Below, piece after piece: positions 1 to 8,298 of a stretch of 32,000 bases of DNA. The DNA comes from Candidatus Woesearchaeota archaeon (GTDB lineage: Archaea > Nanobdellota > Nanobdellia > Pacearchaeales > GW2011-AR1). Location: contig CAZKON010000005.1 of assembly GCA_964554415.1 (NCBI GenBank), forward strand, positions 1 through 32,000, given 5' to 3'. Made by a program: the position numbers and the translations under genes. A model generated the notes under the pieces. The model did no database searches and was not told the DNA's origin. It saw nothing but the letters and a program-made list of their open reading frames with translations. Each line of letters begins with the position of its first letter. Within the stretch, counting starts at the first letter, position 1.

Positions 1-147
1 ATCTATCACGGGAATTCGGGACAAATATGTCATGAAATTACCCGAATTAACGATATGTCAAGGACAGAACGTCTTGAGCACAATCAAAAATTCGTAGAAT
101 TCTTAAAGTTCTTGCCTAATCATGCAACACAGTTCACGAAAAGAAAG

Positions 148-157
148 ATATTTAAAT
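148..157 (+). promoter_or_regulatory. BRE/TATA box (AAAGATATTTAAAT) for rps8e
   Basis: The TTTAAAT box is centred about 26 nt upstream of ATG 178. The same spacing recurs at many other genes in the window. Confidence 0.6.
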
Positions 158-177
158 CGCCGTTTTCCACTGATGAC

Positions 178-552
178 ATGGACCGCGGAAGAAAAATAAC
201 TGGAGGCAAATATCACAAGCAGCGGAAGCGCCGCCTCTTTGAAGTACAGAATGCAGAGCGCCATGTGATAATTGGCGAGCAGAAAAGGAAGCAGCTGCGC
301 GTGCGCTCAGGTTTGAAAAAAACAATCTTGCTGAGAGCAGATACTATAAATGTATGTGTTGGAAAAAAGATACAGCCTGCAAAAATTATTAACGTTGAAT
401 CAACGCCGCAAAACCAATTCTTGGCGCGCCAGAACAGACTGATAAAGGGGGCTATTATCGAAACCTCTATAGGCAAGGCAAAGATTACCAATAGACCAAG
501 TCAAGAAGGCAGTGTAAATGCAATCCTGCTTGAAACATCGAAAATCCTATAA
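178..552 (+). CDS. rps8e: 30S ribosomal protein S8e
   Basis: MDRGRKITGGKYHKQRKRR... and GAIIETSIGKAKITNRPSQEGSVNAILLE match the archaeal S8e pattern. I moved the start from 55 to ATG 178 because the TATA box lies inside the longer ORF. Confidence 0.9.
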   Translation: MDRGRKITGGKYHKQRKRRLFEVQNAERHVIIGEQKRKQLRVRSGLKKTILLRADTINVCVGKKIQPAKIINVESTPQNQFLARQNRLIKGAIIETSIGKAKITNRPSQEGSVNAILLETSKIL

Positions 553-565
553 TACCTCATGCAAT

Positions 566-585
566 CTCCCTGCTTAAGCAGGGAG
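566..585. repeat. Perfect 20-nt palindrome CTCCCTGCTTAAGCAGGGAG downstream of rps8e
   Basis: Read directly: an 8-bp stem with a TTAA centre. Confidence 0.8.
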
Positions 586-608
586 TAATAAAGGATTCTC
601 GAGTGTGC

Positions 609-651
609 TCAAGAACCACGACACGCCACCCACTTTAGTGGGTGGTTCTTG
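609..651. repeat. Bulged hairpin module TCAAGAACCAC-GACACG-...-GTGGGTGGTTCTTGA
   Basis: Inverted arms read directly. A closely related copy in the opposite orientation lies at 20126-20169. Confidence 0.8.
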
Positions 652-724
652 ACATAAAATAACGAATCAAACTATACTCTCTGTAAAAATTTTCCGTCGA
701 TAAAATTTTTCTCCAATAGAAAGG

Positions 725-758
725 TTTAAATACTCTCCTCGCAGTAAGACTTTTAAAT
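725..758 (+). promoter_or_regulatory. Two tandem TATA boxes upstream of tfb (TTTAAATA 725-732, TTTTAAAT 751-758)
   Basis: The proximal box is centred about 27 nt before ATG 781. The distal box matches the window consensus GAAAGGTTTAAATAC. Confidence 0.55.
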
Positions 759-780
759 CTTTCCATAATAAATAATAAAT

Positions 781-1722
781 ATGAGTTACGTCAAGCGGTG
801 TCCTGAATGTGGAAGCATCGATCTCACATATGATGACCATAAAGGTGAGATTATCTGCAATGAATGTGGTCTTATTATAGAAGAAAAAATGGTTGACACC
901 GGACAGGACGTTGGCGGCCAGTTCGACAAAACAGACAAAAAAGGTCGTGGCGGCGCTCCTATGTCTCTTCAGAAATTTGACAAAGGCTTAACCACTAACG
1001 TCGGAGAAATATCAGATATTTACAAGCTCGAAGCAGGGCAGACAAGAAAATTCCTAAGATTAAAAAAATGGCAGGAGCGTGTTTCTACTTCAATTGAACG
1101 CAACCTCAGGCTTGCAATGGCAGAGCTTCGACGTGTTGCCAGCTTTCTCTCACTTCCTTCAGTTGTTCGTGATGAAGCTTCGAGAGTGTACAACTATGTC
1201 TTACAGCGCGGTCTAGTCCGCGGAAGAAGCATGGAGTCAGTTATTGCCTCCTGTATTTATGCAGCATGCCGCTCGTATAACATTCCTCGCACTTTAGACG
1301 AAATTGCAAACGCCTCAGATGTAGAACGCAAAGAAATAGGTCGCACATATCGGTTTATTGTCAGAAAACTAAGAATTAAAGTTACTCCAAGCTCTCCTAA
1401 AGATTACATCTCGCGCTTCTCCTCAATTCTCCACTTATCGCCAAAAGCACAGAATGAAGCCCTGAAGATACTAAAACGTGCAGATATCTCTGAGCTTACC
1501 TCTGGTCGCGGTCCAGCAGGTATTGCTGCTGCCGCCCTATACGTCGCAGCCCTGATGAATGATGAAAAAAAAACACAGCGCGAAGTGGCTGACGTTGCAG
1601 GAATAACTGAAGTCACAATCCGTAATCGCTATAAAGAACTTATTGAGCGTCTCAAGCTGGAAGACAAGCTTAAAGCGAAAGTCATAGCGGCTGCAGAAAA
1701 AAGCGCTGCGGCAAACAAGTAA
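781..1722 (+). CDS. tfb: Transcription initiation factor IIB (TFB)
   Basis: N-terminal zinc ribbon CPECGS...CNECG, B-linker and two cyclin-fold repeats (SVIASCIYAACR..., GIAAAALYVAA...). 313 aa. Confidence 0.95.
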   Translation: MSYVKRCPECGSIDLTYDDHKGEIICNECGLIIEEKMVDTGQDVGGQFDKTDKKGRGGAPMSLQKFDKGLTTNVGEISDIYKLEAGQTRKFLRLKKWQERVSTSIERNLRLAMAELRRVASFLSLPSVVRDEASRVYNYVLQRGLVRGRSMESVIASCIYAACRSYNIPRTLDEIANASDVERKEIGRTYRFIVRKLRIKVTPSSPKDYISRFSSILHLSPKAQNEALKILKRADISELTSGRGPAGIAAAALYVAALMNDEKKTQREVADVAGITEVTIRNRYKELIERLKLEDKLKAKVIAAAEKSAAANK

Positions 1723-1810
1723 TTCTGACAGGCGCCTCGTTGTTTCACCGATTGAACAACAGACGCGATGTGCTCTGTTCATCGAGTATCGAGTACGCCT
1801 TTCTGAAAAA

Positions 1811-1891
1811 CTCTGGGTTAAAACCCAGAGGTTCTTTTGAGTCGTCAGAAACTTTCAGTTTCTGAACGCACCCAAGAACAGAAGTTCTTGG
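1811..1891. repeat. Three consecutive hairpin modules
   Basis: CTCTGGGTTAAAACCCAGAG (1811-1830), TCAGAAACTTTCAGTTTCTGA (1846-1866) and CCAAGAACAGAAGTTCTTGG (1872-1891). Confidence 0.8.
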
Positions 1892-2011
1892 TGTTTTCAG
1901 AACTCGAAAATCGGTTCGCGCACGCTCTGTGGCTTTAGCCCGGAGTAAGCGAACAGATTTTCTCAGTGTCAAGAATTTTCCGAATTATAGGATTACAACT
2001 TGAGCAACCTT

Positions 2012-2023
2012 AAAGTTTAAAAC
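2012..2023 (+). promoter_or_regulatory. TATA box (AAAGTTTAAAAC) for tRNA-Leu
   Basis: Centred about 28 nt upstream of the mature tRNA 5' end at 2047. Confidence 0.5.
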
Positions 2024-2046
2024 AAATGAAAACGCATTAATCACAA

Positions 2047-2130
2047 GCGGGGATGCCGGAGTGGTCAAACGGGCTGCCCTTAGGAGGCAGTAGCTTAGTG
2101 CTTGCAGAGGTTCGAATCCTCTTCCCCGCA
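2047..2130 (+). tRNA. tRNA-Leu (anticodon TAG), class II with long variable arm
   Basis: Acceptor GCGGGGA/TCCCCGC, anticodon arm CTGCC-CTTAGGA-GGCAG, T arm AGAGG-TTCGAAT-CCTCT. Confidence 0.9.
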
Positions 2131-2340
2131 TTTAACAGAAACGTTCGGTTCCTTTTGTTAAGGAGTGTTTCCCGTAAACACGAGTTTTAAGGACAAGGCT
2201 GCTTGGTCTTGAGCAGACTGAAATCTCCAGAATACCAAGTAGTTCTCCAAGAAAAATGTTTAGCGGTCAGAATGTGCGGACGAGTAAATCAGTTTCCATA
2301 GAATCAGCAATTGGGAGAGAGAAATGACACCGAGTCTCGA

Positions 2341-2544
2341 TCATTGGCTGCCATCGAGTTGATCGGTGCTTGCTGTTTTTTGTGCCAAGAGAATGTGCAA
2401 GAGCGCCTGGAGAGCCTCGTCCGGCAACTCTTCCAAGTAGGCTAAGAGCTTCTGTTTCTGTTCTTGGTTTCGTGAATGTTTGGCCATTTTGTTAAAGGCG
2501 GAGGTTACTGAGCGCGATCCGTTGAACGTGGATTCTTCCCACAT
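2341..2544 (-). CDS. Hypothetical small helical protein (about 67 aa)
   Basis: ORF directly downstream of the methyltransferase on the same strand. No recognisable motif. ATG at 2544 preferred over GTG at 2553. Confidence 0.35.
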   Translation of the reverse strand: MWEESTFNGSRSVTSAFNKMAKHSRNQEQKQKLLAYLEELPDEALQALLHILLAQKTASTDQLDGSQ

Positions 2545-2563
2545 GTGTACCACATGTATTCAG

Positions 2564-3388
2564 TCATACTTTGGATCGCAGCCGACGGTTGGCCATGCGC
2601 ACATAAGCCGGATTGAGTTCGATACCGATGAAATGCCGATTGAGACGGCGAGCGACAAGACCCGTTGTTCCTGCTCCAAAAAATGGATCAAGAACAACGC
2701 CGGGAGTGAAGGGAGCATTACACCCGCAGTCCGTGTATCCCGCACAGTAGTAGGAAGCCTCGGTGCGTGGAGTGTCCTGCAAAGCATTGCCAATGTGGAT
2801 TGCCGCTTTTCTCCGTTTTCCGCTATAGACAGAAGTTCCCTTGTTTGACCGCAGAAGGGTGGCGTATTTCGGTGTCGGCCTGAGAATTCTTTTCCGTGGC
2901 TTCCCACATCGGATGCAGACGAACTCAGGACAACCGGCCTGAATCGGGATTTCGCAGAGCCTTTCCGGAAAGGTGGCGAAATGCGCCTCGGCGAAAGCCT
3001 GCGTCGGAATTGACCAGACGCATCGCTTGTTTCTTCCGAGCGGATTAAGTCCATTGCGCGAAATCCGTGCCAAGACTTCGTAGGGGTTATGATTAACATC
3101 GCCCCGGTATTTGTGCCGCCCAGGATCGAAGTGCTCCTCGTTGCGCACGAACTGTTCGACACGGCGTTTCGTCGATTCGTGATGGGGTTTGAACTGTCGC
3201 CGGAAATAATACTTGGGGCTTTTCGCGAAAAAGAACACGTACTCGAAATCGACGGTGAATCGGTCGGTGGCGCTTGAGGGAAGGCAGTTTGGCTTATGCC
3301 AGACGATGACGTTACGAAGAATCCAAGACCGATTCACCATTTCAATAGCGAAACGGAAGGGAATCAAGCAGAGCGATTTCTTGGGCAA
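2564..3388 (-). CDS. Beta-class N4/N6 DNA methyltransferase, N-terminally truncated (no DPPY motif); possible pseudogene
   Basis: Motif [11 protein letters not shown] at the C-terminus, HFATFPERL and NVIVWHKPN blocks, and a Cys4 insertion (CIRCG...CGC). The ORF begins with TTG just after an in-frame TAA, and I could not find a catalytic (D/S)PPY motif upstream. Confidence 0.7.
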   Translation of the reverse strand: MPKKSLCLIPFRFAIEMVNRSWILRNVIVWHKPNCLPSSATDRFTVDFEYVFFFAKSPKYYFRRQFKPHHESTKRRVEQFVRNEEHFDPGRHKYRGDVNHNPYEVLARISRNGLNPLGRNKRCVWSIPTQAFAEAHFATFPERLCEIPIQAGCPEFVCIRCGKPRKRILRPTPKYATLLRSNKGTSVYSGKRRKAAIHIGNALQDTPRTEASYYCAGYTDCGCNAPFTPGVVLDPFFGAGTTGLVARRLNRHFIGIELNPAYVRMANRRLRSKV

Positions 3389-3726
3389 TCGGGTTCTCGG
3401 CCGCGAGGATTAATAATTTCTTGCCCAGAATTTTGGATTTCAGATGGATCAAGTCCTCCAAAGGTGATTCGGTGCGACTGACTGACGCTGGCTCGTCGCC
3501 GCTAGCATGATCCACGGGAAGGGGCACTCTGAGATAGGATTCGATTGACATGGTGAATGTGGCAGCGGTTCGTTGACCGCCTTTAAGGGAATTGCCCTTA
3601 ATCTGTTCGGAGAAACCAGAAGGAGAAATTTCCGAATGGATTGTGTGCCAACTATTTCTATGCCAATTTAGTTACTGGCACGTGGGGAAAATCGAGGGGG
3701 ACCTCCTGTCGTGATGTGCGTGTCTA

Positions 3727-4500
3727 ATGGAAGCCGCTGAGTCAAATCAAGAAGTCACGCTGCCCCAATTAACCAAGCGGATCGAGCAGCTTGAGATCTG
3801 GTGCCAGAAGGCTACAGAAGTGCTGGCCAACAACGCGGAAACTGTGCTCAAGTTTGCAGGAAAATTTCAGGAGATTAAGCTCGCCTTTGAGCCGCCCTCA
3901 AGCAAAACAATGTCTCAACCCACGACCGACGAATTGAAATCGCGGCTTTCCGCCGCCAACCACGTTCTGCAGCCCGATACCAATGCGGAAAAACGCGAGG
4001 AAGGTAAAGTTTTTGTCGAGTGGCTGAAAGATGGAAAAAGGGATAGGGGTCATTTCAACCTGAAGGTGGCGATGGTCAAGTTCAAACCGGAGGATTTCGA
4101 TCTGTTCAGCGACGAACTGAAGATGGTGCTAGCTGTTAAAAATTCAGATTGGAAGCAAAAAAAATTGCCCGACGAGATTCCTCCCAGACTCCGAGGCATG
4201 TTGTGGCTGGTGTTGATTGATGAAGACGGTAAAATGGGTTACGGAGACATTGCGAAACTTTTTCGCTTCGATAATGATATACAAGAGAAATCTCGTGACG
4301 GGAAAATTCAACAATATCGTATGCGCTTTGATAAAGAACTCCCTTGCGAGTTATGGGGCCGCGTGTTTGGGCGTGGAGACAAGAAATCATACCCGATAGA
4401 TACGAATGGTTGGTCTTTTTGCTGGATCAGGCAAAAGGCGCAACGCGCTTCGAGCATTCTCCTTCACGATATTCCGGGCAGGCCGTCAGAAGACCAGTAA
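3727..4500 (+). CDS. Hypothetical protein (257 aa) in the G+C-rich block
   Basis: Long ORF in the GC-rich region. No motif recognised. Confidence 0.5.
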   Translation: MEAAESNQEVTLPQLTKRIEQLEIWCQKATEVLANNAETVLKFAGKFQEIKLAFEPPSSKTMSQPTTDELKSRLSAANHVLQPDTNAEKREEGKVFVEWLKDGKRDRGHFNLKVAMVKFKPEDFDLFSDELKMVLAVKNSDWKQKKLPDEIPPRLRGMLWLVLIDEDGKMGYGDIAKLFRFDNDIQEKSRDGKIQQYRMRFDKELPCELWGRVFGRGDKKSYPIDTNGWSFCWIRQKAQRASSILLHDIPGRPSEDQ

Positions 4501-5051
4501 GAGTGTCCGAGATTCTCAAAAAAGGGAGTGGTTTCTTTGGGCTGTATTTGTAGGTGGTCCAAGAGACTATTCAAAATGGCATTTGCTTCCGTCTTTTGCT
4601 TTTGAGTCAAATGGAGGTCTCTTTCCAACGGTCTCGGTGTCGACCTATACACATAGTCCCAAGCAGTTGATTTTACTCTTTGCCCACCTATCTGGGCAGG
4701 GGTGCGATGGATAATGATACGATAATCCAAAGGACGGTTGTCATGTTCAAACCAAGAGGCAAACGTAGCCTGTGGGGTGGCTGGTGGCCCGAGTAACCAG
4801 GTCTCGTGAGCGACGTGCAAGATTGCTTCGACGTTTCCGCCGAGCCCAGGGCGGAAGGCATACGCTCGGCGGCACAACGCACTTAAAGTCCACGCCGTTG
4901 CTTCGTCGCGAGAACTAAACCTCCACCTTTTCACCCGCAGATAAGAAGGAGCCTTGGGAACTGCTTTTCGAATGTCCTCCATTTTTAGAAGATACCCTGT
5001 GGTGAGACAGACGTAATCATCCTCCCCGACAACTAGAATCAGTTTTACCAT
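4464..5051 (-). CDS. Hypothetical protein (195 aa) in the G+C-rich block
   Basis: Long ORF whose 3' end overlaps 3727..4500 convergently by 37 nt. No motif recognised. Confidence 0.45.
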   Translation of the reverse strand: MVKLILVVGEDDYVCLTTGYLLKMEDIRKAVPKAPSYLRVKRWRFSSRDEATAWTLSALCRRAYAFRPGLGGNVEAILHVAHETWLLGPPATPQATFASWFEHDNRPLDYRIIIHRTPAQIGGQRVKSTAWDYVYRSTPRPLERDLHLTQKQKTEANAILNSLLDHLQIQPKETTPFFENLGHSYWSSDGLPGIS

Positions 5052-5117
5052 GCAGAGAGGATGCGCCAGTTCACTTAAAAGCTTTTCCGGTCGGCTCCCC
5101 TTCGGATCGCTCTATAA

Positions 5118-5152
5118 GAATTCTAGGAATTCTAGGCGAGAATCTAGGAGGA
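5118..5152 (+). promoter_or_regulatory. Three tandem AAT(T)CTAGG repeats followed by AGGAGGA Shine-Dalgarno-like element
   Basis: Repeats at 5119-5127, 5128-5136 and 5141-5148. AGGAGGA at 5146-5152 lies 15 nt before ATG 5168. The region sits between divergent ORFs. Confidence 0.45.
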
Positions 5153-5167
5153 CAGGGGACTCGCAAT

Positions 5168-5725
5168 ATGGAATTAGTCACACGACAAGCAATGATCACC
5201 AACACCAAGAGCAGAGTGACCGAGATTAATACGTTGCAAGGTCAGCTCACCGACGCCCTGCAAACCTGGGGCGCCACCCTCATCGATCCTGACCTACTCC
5301 AGTCCGACCTCACGGCTTCTTTGCATGCCAATGGTTCTGTCCACACAACGGCGTTGCACAGTTGTGCTTGTGAGTTCGTGGCAATGAAGAAAATCCGGAG
5401 AAGCTACGAGTGTGGCGCTAAATTTCAGGTGGTGGTCATTGATGACGAACCGGCGAGAGATCGAATTGCGTCACACCTTTATCACAATCTGTCGGAGTCG
5501 GAATGGAAGCGCCTGCTTGTGATCAGCCATGACCAAATTTGTGCAGTGTTTCGATGGATCGAGGACGAAATCGAAAGGTCCGATTCCTCCGCAGCGAGAT
5601 CCATGAAAACCTTCATCACCGCTATCAGTACGTTCCTGTGCGCGACTCTGCCTTCGCGTGCATCGGACGCAACTTCTCGGAATACGTGCGCAGGATTTGC
5701 GGGCCTTTTGCATAAACATAGGTGA
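5168..5725 (+). CDS. Hypothetical protein (185 aa) in the G+C-rich block
   Basis: ORF preceded by a strong SD-like AGGAGGA. No motif recognised. Confidence 0.5.
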   Translation: MELVTRQAMITNTKSRVTEINTLQGQLTDALQTWGATLIDPDLLQSDLTASLHANGSVHTTALHSCACEFVAMKKIRRSYECGAKFQVVVIDDEPARDRIASHLYHNLSESEWKRLLVISHDQICAVFRWIEDEIERSDSSAARSMKTFITAISTFLCATLPSRASDATSRNTCAGFAGLLHKHR

Positions 5726-5814
5726 ACTCACGAACAATTAATGGTGAAGTGCCTAGCCATCACTCTTTTAAAACGCCGATGAATAAGTGGAACTCTTGAG
5801 AGGGACAGTGCGGT

Positions 5815-6117
5815 CTATCTCTCGGATTCCTCATGAGGAGAAAGTCTTTGCTGTTTCACTTTCTCGTAAACGAAGCCGATGAATGCACCGATGGCAAAGT
5901 AAAATAACACTGCAAACACATAACTAACAAACGAGGGGGTTGATAGTGATGGAGGAGTAATTAAAGACAGCAACAACAAGGGATAAAGAAACGGGTTCCA
6001 AATGCACTCCGGCCGACACGCCGGTATAAATGTGATCGCGAGAACTGTAACTGCTGCTATAAAGAAACAAAGCGCAACTCCTCCCTTTAACCAATACTGA
6101 CAATCTCCCAGTCCCAT
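5815..6117 (-). CDS. Small integral membrane protein (about 3 TM, 100 aa)
   Basis: Three hydrophobic segments. The minus-strand TATA (plus TATATAATA, 6139-6147) is centred 26 nt from ATG 6117. Confidence 0.6.
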   Translation of the reverse strand: MGLGDCQYWLKGGVALCFFIAAVTVLAITFIPACRPECIWNPFLYPLLLLSLITPPSLSTPSFVSYVFAVLFYFAIGAFIGFVYEKVKQQRLSPHEESER

Positions 6118-6138
6118 TCCCCCTGTTTGCTATTTGGG

Positions 6139-6179
6139 TATATAATACTTTTGGTATTTCCGTTATTTCCGTTAAATAG
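6139..6179. promoter_or_regulatory. Divergent promoter pair (TATATAATA 6139-6147 for the minus gene; TTAAATAG 6172-6179 for the plus gene)
   Basis: Each box lies about 27 nt from the respective ATG (6117 minus, 6204 plus). The direct repeat TATTTCCGT x2 sits between them. Confidence 0.5.
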
Positions 6180-6203
6180 TAAAGCTACAACACAGCATTA
6201 CCT

Positions 6204-6404
6204 ATGACCATCCTACAGGAAAATGCCTTTAATGAAGCGGAACATCAGAAGAGACTTTATGACGCCATTAGGTATTCATCCCTTTTAACAGCGCAGAAGT
6301 GGAATAAAAAGCTCCTCGTCGCCGCAGTTGGTTTGCTCGTCAGTATGTTTTGCGTAGAAATTGTATTCGCCCAATCGACCGATCGAGGAATCGGTCTAAT
6401 GTAA
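6204..6404 (+). CDS. Hypothetical small protein with one TM segment (66 aa)
   Basis: The ATG sits exactly at the predicted leaderless start. Hydrophobic stretch LLVAAVGLLVSMFCVEIVFA. Confidence 0.45.
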   Translation: MTILQENAFNEAEHQKRLYDAIRYSSLLTAQKWNKKLLVAAVGLLVSMFCVEIVFAQSTDRGIGLM

Positions 6405-6463
6405 ATTGTTGGCAGGGTGCTCACGGTTGGGAAGGGCTTCTCCATGCCGACAGGGAGAAACAG

Positions 6464-6835
6464 ATGATGGAAAAATTAAAAGATAAAGGGATAAAATCAT
6501 ATGTTCTTTTCACAAGTAATACGCCGCTTGACAAAATTGTACTTAGTTTTTACCGAAATACTGGTGTAAAAGGAATAATCGGCGAGTCTTCATCGTCCTT
6601 CGATAAATCTTATTATGTGGGGACATATGGAGATTTAGTTGTCCAAACACAATATCCAGAACAATTAGTTAAAGCGCTTGATATCTTCTTCAGAAAAAAC
6701 AAAAAGTTAGAAGACCTTAATTTAAAAGAATTATCAGATATTGTAAATGAAAAATTAGAAATTAAACTGAGCGTGATACGAAATTTAGCAATGGCTAAAC
6801 AGCTTAATCAGTCGATTCTTTCACAAATTGAGTAA
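6464..6835 (+). CDS. Hypothetical protein (123 aa)
   Basis: I moved the start to ATG 6464, which is preceded by GGGAGAA. The upstream part of ORF 6350.. overlaps the previous gene and has different composition. Confidence 0.5.
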   Translation: MMEKLKDKGIKSYVLFTSNTPLDKIVLSFYRNTGVKGIIGESSSSFDKSYYVGTYGDLVVQTQYPEQLVKALDIFFRKNKKLEDLNLKELSDIVNEKLEIKLSVIRNLAMAKQLNQSILSQIE

Positions 6836-6947
6836 AACGATCTGTCACCCTCCCGTCATCGCCTGACTTTTTAACCTCTGCAACCCCCCTTCAATGTTAT
6901 AAGCAATCGCGCTCAACAGACCATATCAGGTTAATATGCCAAAACCA

Positions 6948-6990
6948 TCAGAAATCGCTGGTTTCTGAGGCCTCAAGAACTGAAGGTTCT
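6948..6990. repeat. Two hairpin modules (TCAGAAA-TCGCTGG-TTTCTGA; AGAAC-TGAAG-GTTCT)
   Basis: Read directly. Same stem family as the other intergenic modules. Confidence 0.7.
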
Positions 6991-7040
6991 CTCAGTGTCC
7001 AGATGCTTCCTCTCGATTTAATACTTTTCGTCAATCTACA

Positions 7041-7054
7041 GAAAGGTTTAAATA
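7041..7054 (+). promoter_or_regulatory. BRE/TATA (GAAAGGTTTAAATA) for the MNT/HEPN operon
   Basis: The TTTAAATA centre is 27 nt upstream of ATG 7077. Confidence 0.6.
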
Positions 7055-7076
7055 CTTTATTACTAACATAAGTAAT

Positions 7077-7637
7077 ATGTTGCTAGATAAGAATACTCTC
7101 TGCATTTTAGGAGCATTTGCTTCCGATTATACGAAAAAGATCTATGGAAGTGACTTGGCAAAAAAACTGAACATGAATCAAAAGACAGTCTCAAATATTT
7201 TAAATAAGCTCGAGAAAGAGCACATCCTTAAATTCGCAATCGAAGGAAAGAACAAATACTATTACTTCAACAAATTTAATAGTCACATCAGAGAAATTGT
7301 AAAACTCATAGAAATAGGTAGAAAAATAGCGTTTCTAGAAAAATATAAGCACTTACAAGATCTCTTTAAAGAACTGGAAGAGCGATCTAAAGGGATTGTG
7401 GTTATTTTTGGAAGTTACGCGAAGGGTGCGCCTACGAAGAGTTCTGACCTTGACGTTTTTCTGATAGGTTCTTGTTCAAATGTGGAGAATCTGGAAACGC
7501 TCTACAATCTGAAAATAAACATTATATTCTCAGAAAAAAAGAAATTTGATAAAAACGAACCCTTCATCAAAGAAATTATAAAGAGTCATATTGTACTTAA
7601 AGGGGTAGAAGAGTTCGTAGAATTACTATGGCAGTAA
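7077..7637 (+). CDS. wHTH-fused minimal nucleotidyltransferase (MNT-type antitoxin-like)
   Basis: N-terminal winged-helix-like segment (LAKKLNMNQKTVSNILNKLEKEHIL) plus NTase motif GSYAKGAPTKSSDLDVFL. Confidence 0.8.
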   Translation: MLLDKNTLCILGAFASDYTKKIYGSDLAKKLNMNQKTVSNILNKLEKEHILKFAIEGKNKYYYFNKFNSHIREIVKLIEIGRKIAFLEKYKHLQDLFKELEERSKGIVVIFGSYAKGAPTKSSDLDVFLIGSCSNVENLETLYNLKINIIFSEKKKFDKNEPFIKEIIKSHIVLKGVEEFVELLWQ

Positions 7638-8101
7638 CATTGCGCTGGTGCTGTACAAATGAGAATGGGCTTAAGCTCGATACGCCGAGTGAAAACCTTG
7701 CACAAGGATATCTCACACTTGCTGAAAATGCTTTAGGAACCATGAATCGAGAAAGAAACTACAATCGCCAATTTGCGATCTCTGCTTGTTATTATTCTAT
7801 GTATTATGCCTTGTACGCAATTCTCATGAAATTAGGTATCAAATGCGAGATTCATTCATGTACTCTTGAATTCATGAAGAAACTACTCAAAGACTTCTAT
7901 GCTCCAGAAGACATGCAAGCAATTAAGAAAGCATTTGATTGTAGGGAAACTGCACAATACTATGTGGACAGAATCGTCACAAAGGAAGATGAGATGTATA
8001 TTATGGCTCAAGCTCCTCTTTTCATTACTAAATCCAAAGAAATTCTCGCCAAGCTCAACGAGAACGACATTCAGAAAATACGAGACGAGTTAAAAAAGTA
8101 A
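7628..8101 (+). CDS. HEPN domain protein (partner of the MNT)
   Basis: Overlaps the MNT gene by 10 nt. Helical HEPN-like pattern ACYYSMYYALYAILMKLGIKCEIHS. I did not see a clear RxxxxH motif. Confidence 0.7.
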   Translation: MAVTLRWCCTNENGLKLDTPSENLAQGYLTLAENALGTMNRERNYNRQFAISACYYSMYYALYAILMKLGIKCEIHSCTLEFMKKLLKDFYAPEDMQAIKKAFDCRETAQYYVDRIVTKEDEMYIMAQAPLFITKSKEILAKLNENDIQKIRDELKK

Positions 8102-8298
8102 AAGAGAAGCGTTAATCAGACATTTCATAAAATTTCGTTCCTTCACCTAGATTTTCTATGTAGACTAAAAGAAAATCCTCAGATAAATCGGATTGAAGAA
8201 GTGATAGCAAAGATATATAACCTTCAATGTATGCAGAGTTCTACAAATAATTAAGAGCACTTCGTAATCTTACGATTCTGCCAAGATGATGCTAAGCT

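Noticed and set aside
55-177. N-terminal 41-codon extension of the S8e ORF
   Set aside because: Similarity to S8e starts at MDRGRK (ATG 178). The TATA box for that start lies inside the extension.
2480-3162. Overlapping ORFs 2480..2848 (+) and 2560..3162 (-) in the methyltransferase region
   Set aside because: They are alternative-frame or antisense shadows in G+C-rich DNA. Only the 2564..3388 frame carries methyltransferase motifs.
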